A stretch of DNA of 60,809 bases, filler included, from Sluysia triapertura (lineage: Eukaryota), in NCBI GenBank assembly GCA_046118255.1. It is 5 parts of 5 records of this genome, joined end to end, with 100 filler letters (N's around TTAATTAATTAA, not from the genome) between each part and the next. Parts side by side here need not be neighbours in the genome. Positions count along the whole stretch, not along the records: positions 35,662 to 47,759 come from JBJNIA010139837.1; positions 47,860 to 60,809 come from JBJNIA010069840.1; 3 more parts are not named here. One strand, given 5' to 3'. The notes under the pieces were generated by a model. That model was not told the DNA's origin. It saw only the letters and a list, made by a program, of their open reading frames with translations, and made no database searches. Made by a program: the position numbers and the translations under genes. This document shows positions 39,423-52,520 of the stretch, one piece after another. Numbering within the stretch: the stretch's first letter is position 1; each line of letters starts with the position of its first letter.

Positions 39423-39867
39423 ATAATTTTATAATATTGGAAATATACACTGAAGGTGATATGAATCTAATTGGTGGAATACAATATGCAAGCCGACATT
39501 TAAATTATGCTCACTTATGTGAACAATCTATTGATCGGCAAGTAAGTAATTGACCAGATAAGTTTCACAAACTAAGAATTTTCATTAGCTATTGAAACAA
39601 TTCAAAATATATTTACAACAAGCCATGCGTATGTTCTGTATGCAATTACTTGAAGAAAATGTAAAACCAAATTTAAATATTTGTTATGTCGATCAGTCAA
39701 AAATTAATGATACATCAATCAAAATTAAATATTTCGTCAAAGATGTAAATTCTATTTCAAACAATACAACTTTTAATAAACTCCATCCAAATACCCATAT
39801 CGGAAAGATGAAAATGATTCAAATAGGCGCGAAACAAGGTCACATACAATTCCTTTCTATTTTATGA
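39423..39867 (+). CDS. Two-exon fragment of an unknown protein (exons 39423-39541 and 39589-39867)
   Basis: A gtaag...ttag 47-nt phase-0 intron joins FIILEIYTEGDMNLIGGIQYASRHLNYAHLCEQSIDRQ to LLKQFKIYLQQAMRMF...; upstream frames carry stops. Confidence 0.35.
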
Positions 39868-41904
39868 TTTTAAATATTTGTGTAATTTTGAAAAATTATT
39901 CATTTTAAAACAGTTAACATTTATTAATACAAATTGAATTATGTTATGGGATATTACAATATTATAATTTTAAATTTCATAATTAAATAATTTATCAACT
40001 GAAAAATAATATTGTGTTAATATTACCTATTAATAAATATATAAATTAAAAATTACTTAATAATCAAATATCAAGTGGTTGATTAAAGCCGATATAGATG
40101 ATTTTAAGAAGAAAATGTAATTCTCAATCAGGGGTCAAATAAGTAAATAGTATTTTTTAAATTGAGTTTATATTTAAGAGGATATGTAACCGGAAGTGGA
40201 TCATTTCAGCATGCACAAAAATTGATTAAATAAATCATGATGTAGCAAGTAATAAAATTACGAACCTTTTTACTTTCTCGGGTTTCTAAATTTTTATATT
40301 TTAGTTTTGTTTTATTTAGTAAGAATTTAACTTAGAATAATTTTGATGGAGAAAAGTATTAACGAATATTAGCACAAAAACATAATGACTGATTCTCTTG
40401 CAGATCTGAGTGGCATCGTACACATTAACGTTGATGCAACACAAAATAATACCACAAATTCTTATTTAAGTGATATAATGAATACACTAATTTTATCAAG
40501 TAAAGTAGATCATATGGTAAAATTTCGTTCATACACACTTACCAATGTCAATTTTGCTATAAAACCGACCAAGATAAGTTTCACGCCTAGTAAAGCTTCT
40601 GCAAAAAATCGTGTGAATTGGAGTTCATATAGAAATTCATTAAGAACCACGTCATCAATATCAAATGTCGCTCCTCAATATCAATCATTTTCAAACAATA
40701 TATTTCTTATTTCATTTATGAGCACTGCTTGCAGCAACACTGTGTGATGAATTAATGACTGTTTTTCATTGCTGATGACATTGAGATGTCAAAATAAAAC
40801 TATTAGCCTATTGACGCAGCTTACTTGATTATCAGCTTTCAGAGACACCAAGATTATGAAAATTTATTAGGATTATATTAAAATTCATGGATCTGGAGCT
40901 ATGTAATTCCACACATTACCGTTTCCATAAAGCAGATTATGATTTATAAATTAAGTTATGATGCGTGGAAGAAATTCGGGCAAGATTAAAATTCAAAGTT
41001 TAAACTATTGTTGAAAAAGCTTTAGAATTTATTCAGTCGATGACCTATGAAAATCCATGATAGGTTTGAATAATAGCAATTGAAGAATCAAGTATTCGAG
41101 AAGTCTACAGCGAAAGGTACTGATGTATCACTATTGAGATGTCTAAACAAAACTATTAGCCTACTGATGCAGGGTACTTGATTATCAGCTTTCAGAGGCA
41201 CCAAGATTATGATTGTATCTTACGATTTGCACCAAACATTTCTTCATTTCTACCTATCATTTTCCCAAAACTCAGTCTGATTCGTAACCTTTGGTACTTT
41301 TTCATTAAGTGTGGTCGAACTCACAATTTGCTTTTATTTTCTTTCAGTTACATACCGTTTGCTAAAGAAAAATAGCAAGAAAGTAATCTTACGCGCTAAT
41401 GTGTTTCGCAACAAATAGAATCATTATGAATTTATTACGTCGATTGAAAATTGTCGAAGAACAAGGTACGACAACTGTTGAAAGTGAAATCAATTATAGT
41501 CACGATTACTCGGAGCCGGCAAAATTCAAATTGAATTTAAGCAGATATACTTATATAAATCGATTATTGATTATAAATCGATTATAAATCTACACCAATA
41601 CCAATTTTTCCAAATGAAGCCAGATTTTGACTTAAAATTAAAAGCTTAAACTATTGTGTAATTTTAAAATATAAATGATCTGACTCAATCATTATTATCT
41701 GTCTACCTGTTACAATCAAACATTAATTTTCTTACTAACTTGGAATCAATTAATTAAAATAAAATATGACAATCATCCTGATGCACTCCACACATGACAA
41801 TCACAAACACATTAGGATAATGACTCTTCGGATGTAGATTTAGATGATGTAATTTTCATAATTAGGAAGTGAAAATTTAACATGATCATAATAATTTTTA
41901 CTAG

Positions 41905-41975
41905 TTACTCAAATTGGTAAGTTACTACTTTTTATATTTTAACTTTTCTTAGGTGTGTGCTCAAGAGAGAGTATA
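41905..41975 (+). pseudogene. RPS13: RPS13 pseudogene fragment retaining an intron
   Basis: ctcaaattg|gtaag...ttttcttag|gtgtgtgctcaagaga spans the SQIG|VxLRD junction; the intron is near-identical to that at 46764-46800. Confidence 0.7.
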
Positions 41976-44900
41976 TAATGTAGGATTAGTTTCGTTATTT
42001 TATATTTGTGAATTTTCTATCGATTGTTGCAAAGTAATTACAAAGAAATTGAAAATATAGAATAAAAGATTTCAACCGTTTTATAGATTCATTAACATTT
42101 CATATTCAATGGATTAGCAATTATTAAAAGCATTAGATTAGTCAAATGCTTCTTTATTTAAGAAACTGGAAAATTTTCAAAAATTTATAAATCGTATAAA
42201 ATCATTCAATGAAGAAAGACAATTTAACCAGGATACTGAACAAAAGACAAGTAAAGGTCAATAGAATTATACCAACTATAACTATAATGACAAATATAAT
42301 AATACTACAACGTGGATGATTACTATTTCGATAATAGATCTATAATCCATACTTCCTGTACCACACCTACGCTATTCAAATTATTATTATTAATTATTAC
42401 AAGTGCAACACCTCAGAATGGATGTATTTTAATTTAAGTTTTGTTTTAGTTTGATAAGTTTTGATAGATTTTGTTTGTTTTAGTAGTATTAAATATATTC
42501 AAATCATTGGTATTATTTAAGATTTAATTTTATTTAATTTAGGTATATTTAAAATTTGAAAATAATTCATACGAAATAATATTAAGTAATAATATTATTG
42601 AGTAATTATTCATAAAATAATTACAATTTAATGCGAAATATTTAATTATTTAACAAATCGAACCTCTATTCTATCCGAATTAAGTTTACGAGTACAATCT
42701 TTTATTTTCATGTTTATGAAAATTTATTAGGATTATATTAAAGTTAATGGACTTGGAACTACGTAATTATATACAGTGCACGTAGATATCAAGCAAAACG
42801 ATTCTATAGAGAAAATTATCCAACAGGGCATCCATTTAAAAATTAAATTATGATGTGTGACAGAGATTTGGGCAAAAATTAAATTAAAAGCTTAAAACTT
42901 GTTGAAAAGCGTTAGAATTAATTCAATTAATAACCTGTGAAACTTTATGACAAGTTTTACTAAAAGAAATTGAAGAATCATATATTTGAGAAGGTTCTAC
43001 AAAAAAGGAAAATGTGTTGATGCATCACCTTTGAGACGTGTAAATAAATCTATTAACTAATGATGCAGGGTACTGATTATCAGCTTTCAGAGACACCAAG
43101 ATTATGATTGTAAGTCTGATTAAATGACTTACGAATTATACTAAACAAAATTGAATTTTTAAAAAGTAGATTAGCAACTGGAGAGCGAAGAAAAATTTTA
43201 GCGAGCCACAGCTCATTCAAGGCTGTTTCCAACATCATCTACAGATAGATAGATATATACAATCAAACAAGAAATTAAACAATTCAATGGTGTTAGTAAA
43301 TTGCAATCTTAAGTCGAATGTGCGCACAGAGATGTCTTATACAAACTAATATAATGAAATTTGGCACAAATTTTTTTTCATTGCTCATGACCGAATATCT
43401 ACAATTAATTAATTTACACATTAATTAAATCTGTCACATATTATACAAATTTATTTTATTTTTTGCCTTACACTAAATATTAGTGATGTAATGTAATAGA
43501 ACTGAATTTCTATTAATGGAGCATTAAATATAGTGACAGAAAGTTCATAGAACTCGCAAACCAAAAATTATCATTATAAAAATTGGGATCGTCTCACACA
43601 GATTGTAGAAAATAAATAATTCTAAAATGAGTAAAAGAAAAATATTTGCAGTAAGAATTTTAATTATTGATAATCACTTATTTTTATTTTAACATTATAT
43701 TTTATTTTTATTTTAACATTATATTTTAGTTTTATTTTATTTCATTTAGTTAAACTTTGATTTAGAATGTTTTTCATCATTTGTGATGCATTAGCGAATG
43801 TATTAGCGAATATTAACAGATCGTACACATTTTTTAAATACTTGAAGTAAATTTAATGAAGTATACTTCATTCGATGTTACAAAATTATATATTATAAAT
43901 TAACAAACATTTACATAGTGAAATTTATTTTTCTTCGTTATCTGTCGCATTTTATTGCGATGCTTTTTTCTTAATTTTAATTTTACATTAAATATTAATT
44001 TTATATAAACATGGAAAAATCCAAATATTTGATTTAATTAATGGTGCAGTCTTGAAAACCGTTGAAGTTACTAACAAACATTTTTCGTGTACTTTTCAAT
44101 GTGCGAATTATATTACGATTTCTATTCGATGTGAAGATTTTGTAATCTTCAGTTACATGTTCATAGTAGTTTATAAATCTAACAAACCAATAAAAGTGCA
44201 AATCGATGTACTTTTTAATTGTAATAAAAATATAATAACAGAAAATTTGTTGGATCTAATGAGCTAGTATTCTAAATGTGCGTATTAAAATCACATTATT
44301 TTATTGTTTGTAACTATCATTATCTATGTAATTTATTCATTATTCCAAAATATCAGTTTACTGTTATTCTTTTAAACAATCTTTCGAGGATATTTTAGAA
44401 AAATTGGTTCAAGATTGTAATATTAATAATACGGAATTACATTAAATTGTTTTCGAAATTTAGAAATCTCTTGTGAAGATGCGCAAATATATTTGAACCC
44501 TAATATTTACAAATCAATGACAATATTTTTAGATAAAGTTATTATATATATTTGCTGGATCACTTAATGCGCATAAAAATGACCAAAGAAATCGCATTGA
44601 GTAATAAAACTACGAACCTTTTTAAATTCTCGGGTTTGTAATATTTATTACGGTGCTTTTCTCTTAATTTAAGTTTTACATATATATTATACTTGAAACA
44701 TAATATTCACAAACTAATGAAACAATTAAGTTTACAAGTACTACTTTTCATTTTGTTTATGAAAATTTATTAAGATTATATTAAAGTTAATGGATCTCTT
44801 GAATTTTGTAATTCCATTTTTTTGAATTTTGCCAATTATCCAGATTTTAATTGGCTGACTAGAATCTTAATACGCAATTACGTTCGCTGATTTGATGATT

Positions 44901-46685
44901 ATTTTTAATAGTAATTCTACTACTATTTCTACTGTAAATGGATTAAATACATTTCTGAGATTATGTTTTGGGCCAATAGTTACTGGTTTAGTAGTAATGT
45001 TCATTGACCAATGAAGTATCATTAATGTTGGTCATTGGCTTACAAATGTTAACGATAAACTTTGTCAAGTTACGTTCATTTGTGTTTAGTTTCAACCTGA
45101 TTGGCTGTTGGCTGAATAATATTTCCATATTTTACAGCTTATTGGTTAAAATTACGTGGCTTAAAAAATACTTTAGCTTTTACTAGGTGCAATATTATTA
45201 AATATTGTGCCGCTCGGTTTCTTTTTGTGGAAACGAGAAACAAAATATTATAGATGAAAAATAAGCTGTTACTGCTATGGTAACAGGATAATTTAAGAAT
45301 AATTTTGTTCGAAATAATTAATACTTAAATAATATTCTTTAATGTGATTTGGTTTGTAAATTTCCATTTTTTGAAATAAAAATTTATAAGTGAAAAAATA
45401 AACATTTTAATATTATTTGGTAGAGTATGATTTTTTAAATGTTAAAATTAGTATGAAGCTCAATATTATGAAGAAATTGATGTATTAAAAGAGATTAATC
45501 AAGGTGTTCAATTTGCCGTTAAATTTAACAAATTTTATAAAACTATAATTATAATGACAATCAGAATAATACTACAACTTGGGTGATTATTATTTCGATA
45601 ATAGTTCTATAGTCCATGCTTCATGTACCAAATTTCAAATATGACATCACCAGTTTTTCCTGCCAACCAAATCAATAATAAATACATGGTAAATAATAAT
45701 AATAATAACAATACAAACATTACAATAATAATAATTTCAATAAGTATTATAAATATGCGTAGTATAATCAGTATTAATTTATTGTTTGTAACTATAATTA
45801 TCTATGTAATTGTTTTAAGCAATCTTTCGAGGATATTTTAGAAAAATTGGTTCGTGAATGCAATATTAACAATGCGGAATTGCATCAAATTGTTTTCGAA
45901 ATTTGAAAATCTTTTGTCAATAAATGTATTCATTTTTACAAATCAATGACAATATTTTCAGATAAAGTTCACAAATTAATGGCACAATGTGTTATTTGTT
46001 TGAGTTTAGAACGTTCCGTTTTGTTTTTTGCAGAGAAAATCGGAAAGAATGTGTCAAATTATCCGATTTTGAAAAACATAATAATTTAGAGAAAACGTAC
46101 AAAGATATATTTTTATTTTAATTAATTGATTAAATTAGAGAATTCCAAGTTAGTAAGGAAAGTAATGTTGACTTCTGTTTTGATGTTCGTAAAATAACTC
46201 ATTATATTAAACAATAAAATTTTGATTGGCTTGAATCTTATCGTTATAGGGTAAAACGATATTAAATGAAAATGTGGTAAAATACTACTTGTGCAGATAA
46301 AATAGAAAGGATGGAATCTTGAGAAAATTGTGCAAGCATCACAGAACTGAAACAAGAGATAAGATTTGATGTTTGGAAATGCAACACATATTAAATATTC
46401 TTTCAGACAATCAAAGGTTTCGCATTGGTAAACTTCCTTGCAAACTAATTACAAAGAAATTGAAAACATGGGATATAGAAGATTCATTTCAATAAACAGT
46501 TTTACATTTGTACTCAATTATTTAATATTTGTCACTACTTTCATAATACGCACAAAATTGATTACAAAAATCGCGATTTATCAAGTAATAAAACTAGGAA
46601 CCTTTTTAAATTCTCGGGTTTGTTAATTTTTATTACGATTCTTATTAAATATTACTTTTATATAAACATGGAACATTATTTGATT

Positions 46686-47083
46686 TGGTTAACACTACGA
46701 AGTGAAGAAGCTGTTGATGTTATTGTTAAGTTAGCAAAAAAGGACTCAGGCCATCTCAAATTGGTAAGTTGCTACGTTTTATATTTTAACTTTTCTTAAG
46801 TATGAGAGTTGCCAGAACTAAATGGGTGACAGGATGTAAAATATTAAGAATTTTGAAAAGCACAGGAATGGCATCGAAAATATTAGATTTGTATAATTTG
46901 ATAAAGAAATCAGTTTCTATTTGTAAACACTTGGAACGAAGCAGAAAAGATATGGATAGTAAATATGGTTTAATTTTGGTTGAATCTAAAATTAATTGTC
47001 TTGCTAGATATTATAGAAGAACTAAAATATTGCAACCAACCTGGAAATATGGATCACCAACTGCATCAACCTTAGTTTCATAA
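46686..47083 (+). pseudogene. RPS13: Unprocessed 40S ribosomal protein S13 pseudogene
   Basis: WLTLRSEEAVDVIVKLAKK/GLRPSQI|intron|...[12 protein letters not shown]...[42 protein letters not shown]...[13 protein letters not shown]. It has a frameshift at about 46741, loss of the GVILRDSH segment, no N-terminus, and substitutions at invariant Arg residues. Confidence 0.92.
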
Positions 47084-47759
47084 TTTAATATAATGTTGGA
47101 TTAGTTTCATGTTTGTATATTTTTCAAAGTAGCTGTATTTTAATTGTTGCGAATTTCTATCTACTGTTACAAACTAAATATCTTATATAAAAAGTCTTCT
47201 TCTCTTATTACTGCTTCTACTGCTCTCAAACCTTCAACATCATCAAAGACATTTATTACCCCATCCACACCAACACCATCTGCGTTCCTAAGTCGACTAT
47301 TCGATCATCCAATCATATCAAATTATTGGAGTCATTACCACGACCCTCAGATCTCGGTGGACAAAAGACAATCACCCAAAACCCGATTGGTCTCATCTAG
47401 ATTCACCTCTACCCGTCCCAGTTCGAGAAAGGAAACCTCTGTTCCGCACGGTCATGCGATCCCTTAGGATACTCATCACCTCCATACGACCGTTTTCTGA
47501 GAAAATGGCTAACCCTTCTTCCAACACCTTCGTCTTCAAAGAATAACCATCTAGTGATATCGTCGATCTCGACAATTCCGAGTGACTTATAATCCATTAA
47601 ACAATAAACATTTCCATTATTCGTATGAACATTACATATGCTTTATCATGATTTACATTATCATCGAGTTTTGTTATTTATTTCCTTTTGATTTGTGGAC
47701 ATATATTTCCCGATGGGAAAGTATGGTTGAGTTGTAGCAAAATATGTACAATATATATA

Positions 47760-47859
47760 NNNNNNNNNNNNNNNNNNNNNNNNNNNNNNNNNNNNNNNNN
47801 NNNTTAATTAATTAANNNNNNNNNNNNNNNNNNNNNNNNNNNNNNNNNNNNNNNNNNNN
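47760..47859. other. Artificial contig linker
   Basis: Same structure. Confidence 0.97.
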
Positions 47860-48448
47860 TGCAGAAGATAATGTATTGAATACAAAAATGATTAAACTTT
47901 TCGAGATTCTAGCAATAAACGTAAGCTTAAACTTATAGATAAAGTTCGACGAATTAACTCATTTCGCTTAAACAAAGATGATGAAGCTGAATGTAAGAAG
48001 AGCTTGAACAAATACCCAGTACATCATTATGTTGATTTTTGCGAGAAACTACTCAGTTGCGACGTATCCGAAAATCTAAGTTCTTTACGATCGTCCGCTG
48101 TAAATTCGAAATTGTTTCAAAAGTTTTCTTAATATTTCTTTCTATTATATTAACAATAATTTTACTGTTGATTATTTTTTAGATAGCGAAATATAGCCAC
48201 AAACAAACCGCATATACGGAACAAAAGTCTTAAATATTAAATTTTTATGTTTTGATATGTCAAATAAAATTTTATATATGTATGTTTATTCATTTATTAT
48301 TTACGAATCACAAATGTTACCAATTTTGTTAACTTTAATAAAAATTAACTTGGAAGTAAAAATTTTCATAAATCAGACAAAATCTTTTGAAAGAACTCGG
48401 CTAATATTCATATTAAAGTTTATTTCAAAAAACCCTTACAAATACCTA

Positions 48449-48815
48449 AATGGTGGTTAGAAGTTTTAAGTAACGAAATTTGTTGAAGTTAAGAAATCTA
48501 CACGGTGAATCACGTACCATGTCAACCAAATAGCCTGAAGATTTTTATATCAACTTAAATCTAAAATTGAAAAATATGGAACTGAAACTGTTTATAATGC
48601 TGATGAAACAGGAATCTTTTACAAATGTATTCCGTCTAAATCAGTATGTAAAAATGTAAGGAATGGTTATAAAATATTGAAAGATAGAATCTCTGTTTTA
48701 TTTTGCGTAAATGTGACAGGAAGTCATAAATTAAAACCTGTTGTTATAAGTAAATTTTCTAAATCAAGGTGTTTCAAAGGTTGCTCATATTCTTCTTTGG
48801 TTAAGTATTATAGTT
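48449..48815 (+). mobile_element. Tigger/pogo (CENP-B/Jerky-like) transposase fragment
   Basis: LHGES...YNADETGIFYKCIPSKS...GYKILKDRISVLFCVNVTGSHKLKPVVISKFSKSRCFKG. Confidence 0.92.
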
Positions 48816-48859
48816 CTTATTTTATTGGATTGGGATTTCAAACTGATTAAAATGCAAAA

Positions 48860-49025
48860 AATCGCCTATCACCCTCGTAAGAACGGAATGATGAATCGAC
48901 TCCGCAAAACACTTATGCCTTCTCTTCGTTCCTTGTCATTAATTCTATTAGGATGAAGAAATAAATCACACAATTAAACAGAATATTCTCCGGCACAGGT
49001 TGTCTTTGGAACACAAGAATCCCCT
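48860..49025 (+). mobile_element. Ty3/Gypsy integrase fragment
   Basis: IAYHPRKNGMMNRLRKTL...LSLILLG*RN...YSPAQVVFG (like TAYHPQSNGMVERFHRTL...LPLVLLGLRT...SPAELVFG). Confidence 0.85.
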
Positions 49026-50379
49026 ATGAACTATTCGACGTCACTGTCTCCAGAGGAAAATTATTTTCATCGAATCTTCGAGTGTTTCTCCACCTCGATA
49101 CAATGCCAGCCCATAACGATACTTCGCGAAAATGTTTGGTTACGCTTGAAAATCCAACTTTTTTGCAGCCTCGTTATTCCGGTCCTGATAAGTGCTGAAG
49201 ATAATAAATCCGGACATCCAAACGATGATTATTTCCGTAGCAGGGCAATCAAGGACAATAAGCCGGTGCAAAATAAAACCAGCAACGATTCTGATAAATA
49301 ACCAAGTCAACCATTCAAGTCCGTCTATTAAATCGGCCTTTTAATGTCGTTTCAATAATAATGAAATTTAACAGTCGGGAACCACCTAAATCCGTAGCGA
49401 ACTCCCAATGTACATTTTCCCTACCTATTCCTCTCCATGTCTCAAAGGCGAGCTTATGTGGTGAATCAAGACCTAAAACAACGCACCTTCAAACACCTAT
49501 TATACATTAATATTCATACGCTTAAGCATAAAAAAATTACATTCTATGTTAACAAACTTGTTAATCAACTTTTGATTAAAGGCCTTAGACTTAAACAATT
49601 AATTTGGAATTTAATAACTACCTGTAATATTAAAATTCACAAACTCCCAAAGTTATATAGTTGTTTTTGTGATAATCTTAGCTGACATCTCCGTTTTAAA
49701 ATAATTTGTATCTAACTAAAGTCTTTGGAAAATAATTGTGTTAAACAGAGACAATAACATAAAGCTTAATATCAACAAACTCACGTATACTATATAAGAT
49801 TACTTAAACGAATAAGTTCAGAAATATGACCCTCAGTAATAATGATTAAAATAAAATCAGTATCAAAATACATATGTGGTGAGTCAAAACCCATGACAAT
49901 GCATCTTTAAAATTTAACATATTCAAGTATCATTACATCCTAAATTTCTTCATGTCCACATCACAATAACTTCTATAACAGAATTTACTCGCTTAATAAT
50001 TCAGATAAAATCAGGTTTTACAGCAATTATTATGCAGTAATCTCCATATTTTCTACAACCTTAATATGCGTCAATCCAATCGAAAATTATAATCTATAGT
50101 TGTTATTGACGTTACGCCTATGCTGTCGTGTCTTTTATAACACGACATTAAGCGCATCTCATACTATTCTGTACCTAAAAGCATAAATTGTATACAAACT
50201 TGACAATTTATGAATTATCACTAAAATTCTTATCATTTAAATCTACTTAATAGTATTGAAGGTTATCAATTGAAGCACAATACAGTTATACTAACTGTTA
50301 TCTTTAAAATGATCGAATTATATGAAGTAATTAATGTTGATATTGATTCACAGCATTCAAGAATAATTTATGCTTTTTA

Positions 50380-50694
50380 TATACAATTTTACGATATTGT
50401 GATACAAAATCTAGAAGTATATCGCTACCAAATATTGTCAATAAATTAAATACTGTTCATTATGAGTTGAGTCCTCTAACATCAACTTACTTCCAGCACT
50501 ATTTTAAACTTGGAATTAATTTAAATTCTAAACGCCCTACGTGCATTTACAAGTTATTTCTCACAAACTATGATCACACAAAAGAATTCCTTAAGCATAC
50601 TAAACTTTCGAACGTTTTCATAAACGATTTAAGAGGCCTTAAGCCTGATCATAAAAATGGAAAATGCAGTATACTACCCATGAAAACATATTAG
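50380..50694 (+). mobile_element. Possible LINE (CR1/L2-type) ORF1 remnant
   Basis: DIVIQNLE...KLG...KRPTCIYKLFLTNYDHTKEFLKHTKLSNVFINDL resembles the ORF1 RRM/CTD pattern. Confidence 0.4.
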
Positions 50695-52043
50695 TATCGA
50701 TTTTATGAATCATAGTGTAAAATATTAAAATTATAACACTAAGAATTTAAATATAAAGTGGCCAAATCCCCGACAGTAGTCAATAAAATTTATTAGCAAA
50801 TCAAAATTGAATAGGTTAAAAGACGTTAACTGTAGGTGAACCCATTAAAATTTCATTTTGTGAGTTTTACACTAAAACTCCTCGCACCTAAATTATGAGT
50901 GCCAAACTTGAGGACCAGGGAGTTATGAACAGAGGCGAGAAAATATGTTATACAATGATGACTAATGTTAAGTTAAACTCTTGAACTAAGTATAAATTAT
51001 AATTATAATTATTATAAAAGTTCCAAATTAGGCTCTAGTCCTTTTAAGTTTAATATGAACATGCATAGTACGGACACAGAAGAAACAAATAAATAGCGCG
51101 GTAAATGCGCAATATGGACACAATATTTATAAATAGTATTTGTAGAAAAGCTTAATAGTATCAAAATTTTTAAGCAGGAGTAAATGCAAGTGCAATTGAA
51201 TAATTATTGAGTGAACAAAAATAAACAGAAACTAGATTATTTGGTTAGATAATACTCAAGAATATCATCAAAATATTTGAATACACAACAATCAGCTAGG
51301 AACAGAATAATTTTGTGTATTAAATACCTTTTAGTTCAATATTATTTAAGTTTTGTGGCCTTTAAAGTGATATCAAATATGTTTAAAAAAATTATAATCG
51401 TTGTATCATTATTTTAAACAACTGGTTAAAATCCAAACTAAAAAATATTTACATTATTTTAAAAGCATAATATATTTCATATTGCGATACATTTCTCATG
51501 ACATACTTTGACGTCTTTGTGATTAAAAACCTGATTTGTTCTGAATTTTGCATTCATTATTTATTTAGTACAACCTGTGGAATTATTACATGTAAATTCA
51601 ATTTACATAGGGGACGATTTATTACGTTACAAAAGAAACGATAAGAGTAAATTAAACCTCATAGTTTAGGATTAAGTAGTTATTTAAAATCATGTAACAA
51701 GACTAAGACTTTTATTACAGACGAACTTACATATAAAAATATAAATTCATAATTATATCATTTGTGAATAGCAACGCATCACTAACATAATTTCAAAAAA
51801 ATGAAATTTCTTTTGAATTTCACATTAAAATTTTTATGATCCACTCGAATGCATGAACTCAATAAAAGGTAAATAATTTCGGGATAAGCGAATTTAACAT
51901 TTAATTATCAAATAAAATTCCAAAAAGAAATTATTGAAATAATCTAAGGATTTTGATTAAGCTTAGAACAGTATTTTAATAAATTTACATGCAATGTTTG
52001 ATTCATTAAAAAAACCAAACCATTTATTTATTTTAAATCTAAC

Positions 52044-52439
52044 CATCACTAGTATTAGCTACCAATCTATGTACATGTGCATCAGCAGCATAATCCCATA
52101 CTAAATTATTTCCGATTTTCATAGCAAATGTATGACCAGTTTGTTCGAAATGATGCTCGGCATGTTTGTTATCATGACGACCACAAGCAATATTCGCACA
52201 AATTAAACAGAGCCATAAATCTTCTCGATTATCACATGAGCAACATTGATATTTATCGCTCATTACTGGAGGAGTTTGTGGGTAACGACAAACTGGACAG
52301 CTATATTATAAAATGAATTACTAAAACAGTTTTGCAATTATTTTAACTTTTGTAAACAATCCTGATTGTCACCACATTATCGTTATCTCCTATCTACCCT
52401 TCTATTATCTTACATTTGTATTAACTTACGATTGTTGTC

Positions 52440-52488
<49 letters not shown>

Positions 52489-52489
52489 A

Positions 52490-52520
<31 letters not shown>

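Larger units (their letters stand above)
40150..47170 (+). repeat. Decayed tandem segmental-duplication mosaic (3-4 partial copies)
   Basis: Recurrent blocks: gtaataaaa-tacgaacctttt...ctcgggttt (about 40249, 44602, 46584); gattatattaaa(g/a)tt(a/c)atgga (about 40871, 42731, 44774); gattatcagctttcagag-caccaagattatga (about 40827, 41180, 43075); 42270-42365 vs 45540-45635; 44310-44540 vs 45780-45970. Confidence 0.85.

Noticed and set aside
40385-40747. 120-aa ATG ORF
   Set aside because: No recognisable family and it lies within the decayed duplication block; possibly LINE-derived, so it cannot be supported as a gene.
40780-43110. Thrice-repeated ~75-bp unit as a CRISPR-like array or box C/D snoRNA cluster
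   Set aside because: Spacing is irregular and the units are embedded in larger duplicated blocks. One copy ends in a gtaag donor, which fits a duplicated exon better.
46405-46445. Resemblance to U14 snoRNA (aaaggttt...ggtaaacttccttg) near RPS13, the vertebrate U14 host gene
   Set aside because: There is no intact domain A, no complete domain B or box D (CTGA), and it is not intronic. An Infernal search would be needed to revive it.
47144-47600. C/A-skewed ORF-bearing segment (similar skew at about 55790-56050 and 57900-58130)
   Set aside because: Compositional bias explains the open frames; no diagnostic motif was seen, and it is probably retroelement debris.
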